A DNA stretch of 64,000 nucleotides, taken from NCBI GenBank assembly GCA_037481615.1, contig JBBFLI010000016.1; one strand, 5' to 3'. Below the pieces are notes generated by a model. That model was given only the letters and a program-made list of their open reading frames with translations. It ran no database searches and was not told where the DNA came from. Both the position numbers and the translations under genes were made by a program. Shown here one piece after another: positions 10,536 through 20,475 of this stretch. Position 1 is the stretch's first letter. Every line of letters starts with the position of its first letter. The stretch is from Desulfobacterales bacterium (GTDB lineage: Bacteria > Desulfobacterota > Desulfobacteria > Desulfobacterales > SpSt-501).

Positions 10536-11573
10536 ATGAGTTGGGACTGGGAGAAACTCAAGCAGCAGCAGCAGGGCCCGCGGGGGGTTCCGCCGCAGAT
10601 GAGCCAGGCGCTCAACCAGTTGAAGAGATTCCGGCTCCCCGGCGGCCCCATGGCGATCGGGCTTCTCGTTCTCGCCTGGATCGTCTTTTCCTCGTTTTAC
10701 ACCGTCAACCAGGACGAAGTGGGGGTCGTGCAACGCTTCGGCCGTTACATCGAGACGACCCAGCCGGGCCTGAACTTCAAGCTTCCCTTCGGGATCGACA
10801 CGGTCACCAAGGTCAACGTGAAACGGGTGCAGACCGAGGAGTTCGGCGGCAGCGCCGGCGAAGAGGCCTTCCGGCCGCGCACGCGGCCGGGAGCCGAGCC
10901 GGCGAACGTGAGCCTCATGCTCACGGGGGACCTGAACGTCGCCGTCGTCCCCTGGATCGTCCAGTTCCGCGTGAAGGACCCCTACAATTACCTCTTCAAG
11001 GTCGCCAACGTCCGGCGGCTGCTGACCGACATGTCCGAGGCGGTCATGCGGCTCGTCGTCGGCGACCGCAGCATCAACGAGGTGATCAGCAAGCGCGCCG
11101 AAATCGCCAATGAAGCCCGCGAACTCCTCCAGCGCGAGCTCGACCAGGCCGAAACCGGCATCCACATCGTCACCGTCGAGCTCAAGCGGACCAACGTGCC
11201 GCTGCCGGTGCAACCCTCGTTCAACGAGGTGAACCAGGCGACCCAGGAAAAGGAGCAGATGATCTACCAGGCGAACGAGGAATACAACAAGGCGATCCCG
11301 GCGGCGCGCGGCGCGGCCGAGCGCACGATCCGGGAGGCCGAAGGCTACGCCCTGAACCGCGTAAACCGGGCCCAGGGCGATGTCGCCCGCTTCCGCCAGG
11401 TTTACGAGGAATACCGCAAGGCGAAGGACGTGACCGAGCGCCGCCTCTACCTCGAAAAGATGCGCACCATTCTGCAGAACATGGGGCCGATCTACATCGT
11501 CGATCCCGAACAAAAGAGCGCGCTGCCGCTGCTCAACCTGACGCCGCCCACCCTGCCGGGGAAGGAAAAATGA
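10536..11573 (+). CDS. hflK: FtsH protease modulator HflK
   Basis: 345 aa with an N-terminal TM segment plus an SPFH/band-7 domain, followed by hflC with an ATGA overlap. Confidence 0.9.
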   Translation: MSWDWEKLKQQQQGPRGVPPQMSQALNQLKRFRLPGGPMAIGLLVLAWIVFSSFYTVNQDEVGVVQRFGRYIETTQPGLNFKLPFGIDTVTKVNVKRVQTEEFGGSAGEEAFRPRTRPGAEPANVSLMLTGDLNVAVVPWIVQFRVKDPYNYLFKVANVRRLLTDMSEAVMRLVVGDRSINEVISKRAEIANEARELLQRELDQAETGIHIVTVELKRTNVPLPVQPSFNEVNQATQEKEQMIYQANEEYNKAIPAARGAAERTIREAEGYALNRVNRAQGDVARFRQVYEEYRKAKDVTERRLYLEKMRTILQNMGPIYIVDPEQKSALPLLNLTPPTLPGKEK

Positions 11574-12517
11574 AACTGAAATCCTCGCTGATCGTCATCG
11601 TGCTCCTGCTCGGCGTCGTGGCCTACGATGCCTTTTTCGTGGTTTCCGAAACCGAACAGGTGGTCATCACCCAGTTCGGGCGGATCACGGGGGAAGCCAT
11701 CACCGAGCCGGGGCTCAAGGTGAAGCTGCCCTTCATCCAGAAGGTGCACGTCTTCAACAAGAACATCCTCGACTGGGACGGGGACCCGGGCCAGATCCCC
11801 ACCCTGGACAAGACCTTCATCTGGGTCGACGCCTTCGCCCGCTGGCGCATCGTCGACCCGGTCAAGTTCTTCCAGACGGTGAACAACCGCTTCAACGCCA
11901 TCAGCCGCCTGAACGACATCATCGACCCCGCCGTGCGCAACTTCATCACCTCGCACCGCCTGATCGACGCCGTGCGCCGCTCCAACCGCGAGCTCGACGT
12001 CTCCGAGGAAGGTCTCGAGGACCAGGAAAAAAAGCCGCAGTCCTTCTTTCAAATCACGGTCGGCCGCGAGGCGATCACCCAGGGGATCCTCGAAGAAGCC
12101 CAGCCCAAGCTCAACCAGTTCGGCATCGAACTCGTGGACGTGAAAATCAAGAGCATCAACTACGTGGAAGAGGTGCGCAAATCGGTCTATGACCGCATGA
12201 TCGCCGAACGGCGGCAGATCGCCGAAAAATTCCGCTCCGAGGGCCGCGGGGAGGCGCAGAAGATCTTGGGGCAGAAAGACCGCGACCTGCAACGCATCTC
12301 CTCGGAGGCCTACCGCATCGCCGAGGAAATCAAGGGCAAGGCCGACAGCGAGGCGACCCGGATCTATGCCGCCGCATACGGCCAGGATCCCGAGTTCTAC
12401 AGCTTTCTCGAAACCCTGGAGCTCTACGCCGAGGTCCTCGACAAACAGAGCTCGGCGATCCTTTCGACGCAGTCGGAGCTGATGCGCCTTTTCAAGACCG
12501 GGCGGCCCGCGCGGTAA
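11570..12517 (+). CDS. hflC: FtsH protease modulator HflC
   Basis: 315 aa with a TM segment plus an SPFH domain. Confidence 0.9.
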   Translation: MKLKSSLIVIVLLLGVVAYDAFFVVSETEQVVITQFGRITGEAITEPGLKVKLPFIQKVHVFNKNILDWDGDPGQIPTLDKTFIWVDAFARWRIVDPVKFFQTVNNRFNAISRLNDIIDPAVRNFITSHRLIDAVRRSNRELDVSEEGLEDQEKKPQSFFQITVGREAITQGILEEAQPKLNQFGIELVDVKIKSINYVEEVRKSVYDRMIAERRQIAEKFRSEGRGEAQKILGQKDRDLQRISSEAYRIAEEIKGKADSEATRIYAAAYGQDPEFYSFLETLELYAEVLDKQSSAILSTQSELMRLFKTGRPAR

Positions 12518-12530
12518 CCCGCCGGGCGGG

Positions 12531-12581
12531 AAAAAGCAAAGGCGGCCGTTTCCCCCCCGGGAGACGGCCGCCTTTTTCTGT
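12531..12581. terminator. Bidirectional intrinsic terminator between hflC (+) and the bS22-like ORF (-)
   Basis: Stem GGCGGCCGT (12541-12549) pairs with ACGGCCGCC (12564-12572). It is flanked by AAAAAGCAAA on the left and TTTTTCT on the right. Confidence 0.65.
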
Positions 12582-12604
12582 TCAGAACATCCTCAGGCCG
12601 AAAG

Positions 12605-12700
12605 TTATTTGCTCCGCCGTTGATGCCGCGTGCGGGCGAGAAGCTTTTTGTGCTTGTGCTTGCGCATTTTCTTGCGCCGTTTTTTGATGACGCTGCCCAA
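12605..12700 (-). CDS. 31-aa basic peptide resembling ribosomal protein bS22 (AURKAIP1/COX24-domain family)
   Basis: Not in the ORF track because it is under 60 aa. Own translation: (TTG)M-GSVIKKRRKKMRKHKHKKLLARTRHQRRSK-stop. The strong RBS GGAGGTGAGGAG lies directly upstream of the TTG, and a terminator follows. Confidence 0.6.
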   Translation of the reverse strand: MGSVIKKRRKKMRKHKHKKLLARTRHQRRSK

Positions 12701-12832
12701 CTCCTCACCTCCCCTCTCCTGCCGGGAAAAGAAAACGATGGGTGGGTCTTCTACCGCAGCGGGACGGGGTCTGTCCACCATTTTTTTGCGCCCCCTGGAA
12801 TTTCGGGCGGTCCTGTTCTATAAGAGGCGGTC

Positions 12833-13345
12833 ATGTCCAATCTGCCGGTCCTCTTCGGTTGGGGTGTCGTCCTCGGGGCGGCGCTTTTCACTTTGATCTT
12901 GTTGCTCCGTTTTCTTCGCGGAACGATGGCGGCACGGCGCCGGGAGCCCCTGCTCGTGATCGACCCCCGGCACGCGGCCGGCCCACCCGGCGCGGAAAAG
13001 CGGCTCTACACCCGCGTGGCCGTTTCCTGGGCGGCCGAACTCGAGCTCCGCGAAGGGCAAACGCGACGGGAAACCAGGCTGCAGGATATCGGGATGGGCG
13101 GCGCCTTCGTCCTTTCCCCCGACCCTCCGGAACCCGGAAGCGAACTCCGCTTGCGGCTCCTGATCCCGGGCGCGGACCCCCTCGAGCTGAACGCGGTGGT
13201 CGCCTGGAACAACGCCGGCGTCCCTGCCGACCGGGTGCTGCACCGCGGCATGGGGGTCCGTTTCTGCGGCAACCCGCCCGAGACCCACGAGCGCCTGCAC
13301 CGGGCGATCCGCGGCCTTCTCGGCCGGGAGGAGAAAACCCCGTGA
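12833..13345 (+). CDS. Membrane-anchored PilZ-domain (c-di-GMP binding) protein
   Basis: 170 aa with the N-terminal TM helix LPVLFGWGVVLGAALFTLILLL. PilZ motifs are present: KRLYTR (RxxxR) and DIGMGGAFV (D-x-S/G-x-x-G). Confidence 0.8.
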   Translation: MSNLPVLFGWGVVLGAALFTLILLLRFLRGTMAARRREPLLVIDPRHAAGPPGAEKRLYTRVAVSWAAELELREGQTRRETRLQDIGMGGAFVLSPDPPEPGSELRLRLLIPGADPLELNAVVAWNNAGVPADRVLHRGMGVRFCGNPPETHERLHRAIRGLLGREEKTP

Positions 13346-13926
13346 AGGCCGAAGGAGGCCCGCAGAGCGCAGGCCCGCCCGACGCCCCCGCCTTGCGTAT
13401 CTTCCCTCCCGAGCAGATGCCCCTTGTCGCCCAGGCCGTGGCGATGGCCGAAGAGCTCGTCGGGAACCACTACAAGATGACCACGAGCGGCTGGCAGCGC
13501 CCCCGCTACGACGTGCGCACCTACGGGGATCTGGAGCCCTCCGAGCGGGTCACCGGGCCCTTTGCCCAGATCATCCGCTACCACGGCCGGCCCCGGCGGA
13601 CCGAACTCGGGTCGGCAGGCTACGATTTCTACAAAATCTGCCTGCAGGACCCGGCGATCCTGGAGGCCCTCGATCGTCGACCGGGGCTGCGGCTGCTGCC
13701 CTTTCTGCTCTACATCCTGGTGCACGAGCTGATTCACGTCGTGCGCTTCAGCCGTTTCCAGATGGGATTCGAAGCCAGCGAAGAGGAGCGCCTTGCCGAA
13801 GAACGCCGGGTTCACCGGGAGACCCACGCCATCCTGCGCGATGTCCGACTGGAGGGGATGCGGGAAGTCCTGGAATTCTACGCCGACTGGCGGGCGTCGT
13901 GGGACCGTGTGGAGGGCCCTTCTTGA
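13342..13926 (+). CDS. Hypothetical protein with an HExxH motif (putative metallopeptidase-like)
   Basis: C-terminal part of ORF 12742..13926. The GTG start at 13342 overlaps the PilZ stop (GTGA) and is preceded by the RBS GGGAGGAG. Motif LVHELIHVVRF. An alternative ATG lies at 13417. Confidence 0.55.
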   Translation: MKAEGGPQSAGPPDAPALRIFPPEQMPLVAQAVAMAEELVGNHYKMTTSGWQRPRYDVRTYGDLEPSERVTGPFAQIIRYHGRPRRTELGSAGYDFYKICLQDPAILEALDRRPGLRLLPFLLYILVHELIHVVRFSRFQMGFEASEEERLAEERRVHRETHAILRDVRLEGMREVLEFYADWRASWDRVEGPS

Positions 13927-13950
13927 CAGGCGACGCGGGGTGTTTATATT
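13923..13950 (+). promoter_or_regulatory. Candidate strong sigma-70 promoter (TTGACA-N16-TATATT) upstream of fmdB
   Basis: Consensus -35 at 13923-13928 and near-consensus -10 at 13945-13950, about 50 nt before the ATG at 13999. Confidence 0.45.
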
Positions 13951-13998
13951 GCCGCGCAAAATCGATTCACCCTCATTCTCACAGGGAGGCGAAACGGC

Positions 13999-14277
13999 AT
14001 GCCGATCTACGAGTATGAATGCGAGCGGTGCGGTGCCGTGGAAGAGGTCTTTCAGAAGTTCTCCGACAAGCCCCTGAGCCGTTGCCCGAAGTGCTCGGGG
14101 AAGATGCACAAGCTGATTTCGCAGAGCACGTTCCACCTGAAGGGATCCGGCTGGTACGTCACCGATTACGCCCGCTCGTCTCGGGGTTCCACCTCTCAGA
14201 AAAGCGATTCAGCCGGGTCGGATTCCGGCGACTCCAGCAAGAAGAAAGAAAGCGGCGCAACCGGTTCCGCAACCTGA
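13999..14277 (+). CDS. FmdB-family zinc-ribbon protein
   Basis: Starts MPIYEYECERCG...CPKCSG, the CxxC-N-CxxC signature of the FmdB/CxxC_CxxC_SSSS family, followed by a Ser/Gly-rich tail. Confidence 0.8.
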   Translation: MPIYEYECERCGAVEEVFQKFSDKPLSRCPKCSGKMHKLISQSTFHLKGSGWYVTDYARSSRGSTSQKSDSAGSDSGDSSKKKESGATGSAT

Positions 14278-14505
14278 GATCGGCTGCGGAACACAACAGT
14301 CGCTCCGCATGCGCTGTTTGTGCGGCAGCGGGGAAGGTTTTCTTGTGCGCTCCGCACCCATCATCAACTAATTGATTCAAAAGTATAATTTCTGGGAGGT
14401 GATCGTTTCGGACTCCGTCGATTGCCGCCGTGGTGCGGCGGTGCTGTTTTGGATCGTTCCCTGAGCCATGAATTTCGCTGACACTCAACGCAAGGAGATC
14501 GCCGC

Positions 14506-16445
<1,940 letters not shown>

Positions 16446-16479
16446 TCCCGCATCCCCCCACAACGAATGACGCTCTGTG

Positions 16480-16530
16480 GACCCCGGTGACGGTGTTTTG
16501 TCACCGGGGTCTCTGTTTCCGCCGTTTTTA
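16480..16530 (+). terminator. Intrinsic terminator after groEL
   Basis: 12-bp stem GACCCCGGTGAC/GTCACCGGGGTC with an 8-nt loop, followed by a T-rich tract TCTGTTTCCGCCGTTTTT. Confidence 0.75.
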
Positions 16531-16635
16531 TCTCGATTCGACCATCGTTGCCCCGCGCCGCCTAGATTTTCTATTCTATTCGGCATATTGCAATTGAACC
16601 TGTCGGTTCGCCGAAAAGCGGATCGAAAGGGTCAA

Positions 16636-16651
16636 GGGCATAATTTTTGCA
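16636..16651 (+). promoter_or_regulatory. Candidate sigma-54 (-24/-12) promoter GGGCAT-N5-TTGCA upstream of the LysM gene
   Basis: GG-N10-GC spacing is exact, and the site lies 100 nt upstream of the ATG at 16751 in a local AT-rich patch. Confidence 0.4.
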
Positions 16652-16750
16652 TCCATCCTCTTCCCAGCCGAACCTCGGGGAAGATCCGCGAAGGACACGG
16701 ACGGCGAAGGCGCCGGCGGGTTACCAATTCAGGAGGATGGAGAGCATGCC

Positions 16751-17785
16751 ATGAAAGCGAAGGCGAAACAGGGCGGGACGACGACGGTCCTGGCGGGGTT
16801 GCTCGTGATGCTGGCGACGATCGGTTTTGCGGGGCGATCGGCCGCCGATGGGCTGCAGACGGAAACCGAGAACGGGTGGTATTACACGGTCCAGAAAGGG
16901 GACACCCTCTGGGACCTGTCCAGGCGCTTCTCCCAGGGGCCCTGGGTCTGGCCGGAGCTGTGGCAGGAAAACAGCCGCATCATCGCCAACCCGCATCTGA
17001 TCTATCCCGGGCAGAAACTGAAACTCGCCCGGCAGCGTCTTCCCCGCCCGGAGCCCCCCGCCTCCCCGGAGGGTGCGAGCGCGGAGGGAATTTATTATTT
17101 TCTTTCGACCTATGACCGGGTCGGTTTCATCCGTCGGGAGCCTGTCCCCCCAACCGGCGTGATCACCCAGGGGCGGAATGAAAACCGTCGTCTCCTGAGC
17201 GAGGGGGATCTCCTCTTCGTCCAACCGGTGGGCGACTCCCCGCTCACCCCCGGCAGCTGGATGACCGTGTACCGCACCTTCGACCCCGTCTTCAGCCCCG
17301 ACAAGCGCCGCCTCCTCGGGACCCAGCACCTTCTCTGCGGCGTTGTCGAGATTCTCGAGCGCGGCCCGGAGTTCGCGACCGCCCGGCTGATCAAGTCCTA
17401 TCGCCCCGTACGTGCCGGGGACCGCCTGATGCCCTACGAGAAACGCCCGCTGCGCATCCCCGTTCTTCCCGCCGAGCCCGGCATCGACGGCGCCTTCATC
17501 CGCGCCGAGGAGGAGCACCGCATGTTCGCCGAGGCGAACATCGCCTTCATCGATCGCGGCCGGAACCAAGGGATTCAGGTCGGCCAGATCTATTCCGTCT
17601 ACGAGCCGGTCTCCCTCGACCCGGGATTCACCGGCGGAAGAAAAATCGCCGGGCCGCCGCAGGATTACGGTGAAGTTCTCGTCCTGCATGTGGAGGAGGA
17701 GACGGCGACGGTGCTGGTGACCGATTCCTCCAGGGAATTCTTTGCCGGCGACCGGGTGCGCACACCGGCGGCCGCCGCCCGGTGA
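16751..17785 (+). CDS. Secreted LysM-domain peptidoglycan-binding protein
   Basis: 344 aa with a signal peptide. The LysM motif is YTVQKGDTLWDLSRRF...NPHLIYPGQKLKL. Confidence 0.8.
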   Translation: MKAKAKQGGTTTVLAGLLVMLATIGFAGRSAADGLQTETENGWYYTVQKGDTLWDLSRRFSQGPWVWPELWQENSRIIANPHLIYPGQKLKLARQRLPRPEPPASPEGASAEGIYYFLSTYDRVGFIRREPVPPTGVITQGRNENRRLLSEGDLLFVQPVGDSPLTPGSWMTVYRTFDPVFSPDKRRLLGTQHLLCGVVEILERGPEFATARLIKSYRPVRAGDRLMPYEKRPLRIPVLPAEPGIDGAFIRAEEEHRMFAEANIAFIDRGRNQGIQVGQIYSVYEPVSLDPGFTGGRKIAGPPQDYGEVLVLHVEEETATVLVTDSSREFFAGDRVRTPAAAAR

Positions 17786-17820
17786 GGGGAAACCGGATCC
17801 CCGTCCATCTCCCCCCGCTC

Positions 17821-17862
17821 AAAAAGCGGGGCGCCCTTCCTCCCCAGAAGGAAGGGCGCCCC
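17821..17862 (-). terminator. Intrinsic terminator ending the minor-pilin operon (hairpin shared with the convergent LysM gene)
   Basis: 13-bp stem GGGGCGCCCTTCC/GGAAGGGCGCCCC (17828-17840 and 17850-17862). On the minus strand it is followed by GCTTTTTGAG. Confidence 0.65.
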
Positions 17863-17897
17863 GGTTCGCCGCCGCGGAGCCGCACCGCCGCCGCGTT

Positions 17898-18428
17898 TCA
17901 GTTGTAGCCGACCTTGAACACCTTGGAGACCCGGACCTCGATCTGCTGGGTCGTGTTGGCGTTGGAAGTGATCTCGTAGTGAAAGCGCTCGAACCCCTTC
18001 TCGTTTCCCTCGGCGAAGACGGCGGCATCGCTCAAAACGACGGGATCCAGATAATCGACCCGGTACCAGTAGGGGATGCCGTAGCTGCTCAGCAGGTTGT
18101 TGTCCGGCGCCAAACTTCCGAGATCGCCGCCCTCGCCGTCGGGAGCCGTTCCGAAACCGAAGTTCTTCACCGTGAAATCGTCGCCTTCACCGTTCACCCA
18201 CTGCGGGGGGGAGCCCTGGTTTTCGAGCCACAGGGCGCCCTGGCGCCAGCCGGAGTCGGCGAGATAGAACTCCACGTGATAATTCTGGTTATGGGTGGCG
18301 ATCTGCACCTCGGTCGTGCTCGTCCGCGAGCTGGAGATCCCGATCAATGTGAGGAGCACCAGCATGATCATCGCCACGACGATGACCGACCCCCTCTGAT
18401 TGTCGATTATCCGCCCTGCGCGGACCAT
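17898..18428 (-). CDS. PilX-like type IV pilus minor component (module B)
   Basis: 176 aa. The N-terminus NQRGSVIVVAMIMLVLLTLIGISS is typical of the PilX_N domain. Confidence 0.65.
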   Translation of the reverse strand: MVRAGRIIDNQRGSVIVVAMIMLVLLTLIGISSSRTSTTEVQIATHNQNYHVEFYLADSGWRQGALWLENQGSPPQWVNGEGDDFTVKNFGFGTAPDGEGGDLGSLAPDNNLLSSYGIPYWYRVDYLDPVVLSDAAVFAEGNEKGFERFHYEITSNANTTQQIEVRVSKVFKVGYN

Positions 18429-18453
18429 GGATTTTCACCTCTCTTTTTTCGGC

Positions 18454-18927
18454 TCACAATTTCTCGGTCTTGATGAAATTGAGTCGGATCTCTTTCGTTT
18501 TCGAGGCATTGACGACGGAACGCACCTCCAGGCGGAGGCATTTGTGGCCCTGGAAGTCGACCCCGAGGCATTCTTCCTCGACGAACCAGCGCAATCGCAG
18601 GTGTCCCCTCTCCCCGTCTTCGTCGATGCTGCCGTCCAGGTCGTTGTCGATGCCGTCTTCCTCCTGCTCCGGCTCATGCCACCCGGCGGCCAGCTGCGGG
18701 TCGTCGTAAGCGAGCGCCATCAACTGCTCGGCCTTGGCCGCCGCCGCGGTGATGTTTTCGGTCACCCCGCGCGCCACGTTGTTGGTCCGCATGGCCGAGA
18801 CGTGCATGCTGAAGATGGCGAGCAGGCCGACCGAAAACACCGCGAGCGCCACCATGACTTCGAGCAGGGTGAAACCGGCGGCGGCACCTCCGGCCTTCCG
18901 AGGATGCAACGCCTCTGCCCTTCGCAT
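18454..18927 (-). CDS. PilV-like minor pilin with prepilin N-terminal methylation motif (module B)
   Basis: 157 aa. The leader ends in G|FTLLEVMVALAVFSVGLL (Gly-1, Phe+1, Glu+5). It carries an acidic DNDLDGSID loop. Confidence 0.7.
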   Translation of the reverse strand: MRRAEALHPRKAGGAAAGFTLLEVMVALAVFSVGLLAIFSMHVSAMRTNNVARGVTENITAAAAKAEQLMALAYDDPQLAAGWHEPEQEEDGIDNDLDGSIDEDGERGHLRLRWFVEEECLGVDFQGHKCLRLEVRSVVNASKTKEIRLNFIKTEKL

Positions 18928-18936
18928 GGCCGCCTC

Positions 18937-19749
18937 CTACCGAATGCCCAGGTTCCGGATGCGGACCTGGGCGGTGAATGTCCGCGGTTTCTGGAAATCG
19001 TCCTTCCGGCTGTTCACGAGCGGGCTTCCGTGTTCGCCGACCGGGCGGGCCCGGATGGTGATCCCGACCGTGCGCAAATTCTCATTGAACACCCTCCAGG
19101 CATCTTCGTCGCCGGGATCCGTGGGCAGGGTGAGCGGCTGGAGGTTGTCGTCGAGATAGTCGAAGGAAAGCGACTCGATGTTTTCGGCGATCGCATGCCA
19201 GCCCGACTGCCCGCCCCAGCGTTGAATCATGCCCTGCTCCAGCCGAAAGGCGACGAGTTCGCTGTCGAGGGCCTCGAGCCGGATGCAATTCAGATCGTTT
19301 GCCGGGTATTGCGGGACGAGATCCGGGGACGTGTTGCGGCATTCGGTGCCGTTGTAGCGGGAAGCGGTCTCGTTGCTCGTGAAGGCGATCGCGGCTTCCC
19401 CGGTCTTCGCCTGCGGGTAGCCCGCCGCGCAGGTGCCCGCCACGCGCCCGTCCTCGCACAGCTCGGTGAAGCGGCCGAAGAAACCCCGGCGCAGCTTGCC
19501 GTCGGCGGCCTCGGCGGAGCGCAGGTGGAGCGTCGGGTCGAACCCGGCCATGCGCAGCGAGCGCTGCAGGATGTAGAAAGCGTTCCGCAGGTTCTGCTGG
19601 GTGTCGACCACGATGTTCTGGGTCACGTGGGATTCGAGTTGCGCCCGGTAAGCGCCGTAGATGCCGGCGAGCGCAAGGCCGGATACGGCCAGGGTGACCA
19701 TGAGCTCGACCAGCGTGAATCCCCGGCAATCGCTTCTCCTTTTGCCCAT
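18937..19749 (-). CDS. PilW-like minor pilin (module B)
   Basis: Start at MGKRRSDCRG|FTLVELMVTLAV (CAT at 19747-19749). The motif QQNLRNAFYILQRSLRMAGFDP is typical of PilW. Confidence 0.75.
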   Translation of the reverse strand: MGKRRSDCRGFTLVELMVTLAVSGLALAGIYGAYRAQLESHVTQNIVVDTQQNLRNAFYILQRSLRMAGFDPTLHLRSAEAADGKLRRGFFGRFTELCEDGRVAGTCAAGYPQAKTGEAAIAFTSNETASRYNGTECRNTSPDLVPQYPANDLNCIRLEALDSELVAFRLEQGMIQRWGGQSGWHAIAENIESLSFDYLDDNLQPLTLPTDPGDEDAWRVFNENLRTVGITIRARPVGEHGSPLVNSRKDDFQKPRTFTAQVRIRNLGIR

Positions 19750-19765
19750 CGCCCGACTCCGTCGC

Positions 19766-20209
19766 CTATTCGATGCGGACGGTACCGCCGGCACCCAGCC
19801 GCACACTGCGCTCGAGATCCGCGCCGCCGTTGCGGCCGATCACCACCCGGCCCGCCTTGTTGGGAATGCCCTGGTTGTTGAAAAGGACGGCGGCCCCGAG
19901 GGAACCCTGGGCAGGCTCGCGCAGATCGATCCCGGAGGGCATCCGGACGGTCCGCACCGTCTCCCCCGCGGCTGAAACCCGGAGGAGATCCTGGGTGTAA
20001 TCGAACTCCACGCTGGTGGCGGCGTTGCGCTTGACGGCCGCGTGTCGTGCAAGTTCCATGGCCGCGAGAACCTCGCGCGCGGCGGATCCGACCTTGTATT
20101 TCGGGACCCAGCCGATCACCGCCGGAAGCGCCATGGCGCACAGCAGGGCGATGATCCCGATGATCACCATCAACTCCTGGAGGCTGAATCCTCTTTCCTC
20201 GCGCAGCAT
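19766..20209 (-). CDS. GspH/FimT-family minor pilin (module B)
   Basis: Start at MLREERG|FSLQELMVIIGIIALL (CAT at 20207-20209), preceded by the RBS GGGGGAG. The body is GspH-like. Confidence 0.7.
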   Translation of the reverse strand: MLREERGFSLQELMVIIGIIALLCAMALPAVIGWVPKYKVGSAAREVLAAMELARHAAVKRNAATSVEFDYTQDLLRVSAAGETVRTVRMPSGIDLREPAQGSLGAAVLFNNQGIPNKAGRVVIGRNGGADLERSVRLGAGGTVRIE

Positions 20210-20261
20210 CGCTCCCCCGCTCGGCTGAATCCATCGTCTGACAGTGGTCGCAGCAGATGAA

Positions 20262-20277
20262 AGCAAAGCATATGCCA
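20262..20277 (-). promoter_or_regulatory. Candidate sigma-54 promoter TGGCAT-ATGCT-TTGCT for minor-pilin module B
   Basis: The reverse complement of 20262-20277 matches TGGCAC-N5-TTGCW with exact GG-N10-GC spacing. Its -12 end (20262) lies 53 nt upstream of the ATG at 20209. Confidence 0.5.
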
Positions 20278-20475
20278 TCAACGCCCCCCTCGCGCAAAGC
20301 TTTCCGCCGGCCGGCCGAAGTGGCAACCTATCCTTTCGATTTCTAAGAGTTTTTTTGGTTTACGGCGGCCATGCGGCAGCCGCCGCGGGGGTCACGCACG
20401 CCTCCCCCGCCCGGTCGGGGGAGGCGTTTCACGCTTTAATGGGCCTTAAAGAAGTTTAAAGGAGCCGGGGGGCGG

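Noticed and set aside
12742-13341. N-terminal 200 codons of the 394-aa ORF 12742..13926, overlapping the PilZ gene.
   Set aside because: The translation is Arg/Pro/Gly junk. The alternative frame encodes a clean TM plus PilZ protein, so the real gene most likely begins at the GTG at 13342.
14340-14505. CIRCE operator or sigma-32 promoter upstream of groES.
   Set aside because: Only a half-site-like CTGACACTC (about 14478-14486) is present, with no inverted partner. CTTGTGC...CCCATCAT has an 8-nt spacer instead of the 13-15 nt required for sigma-32.
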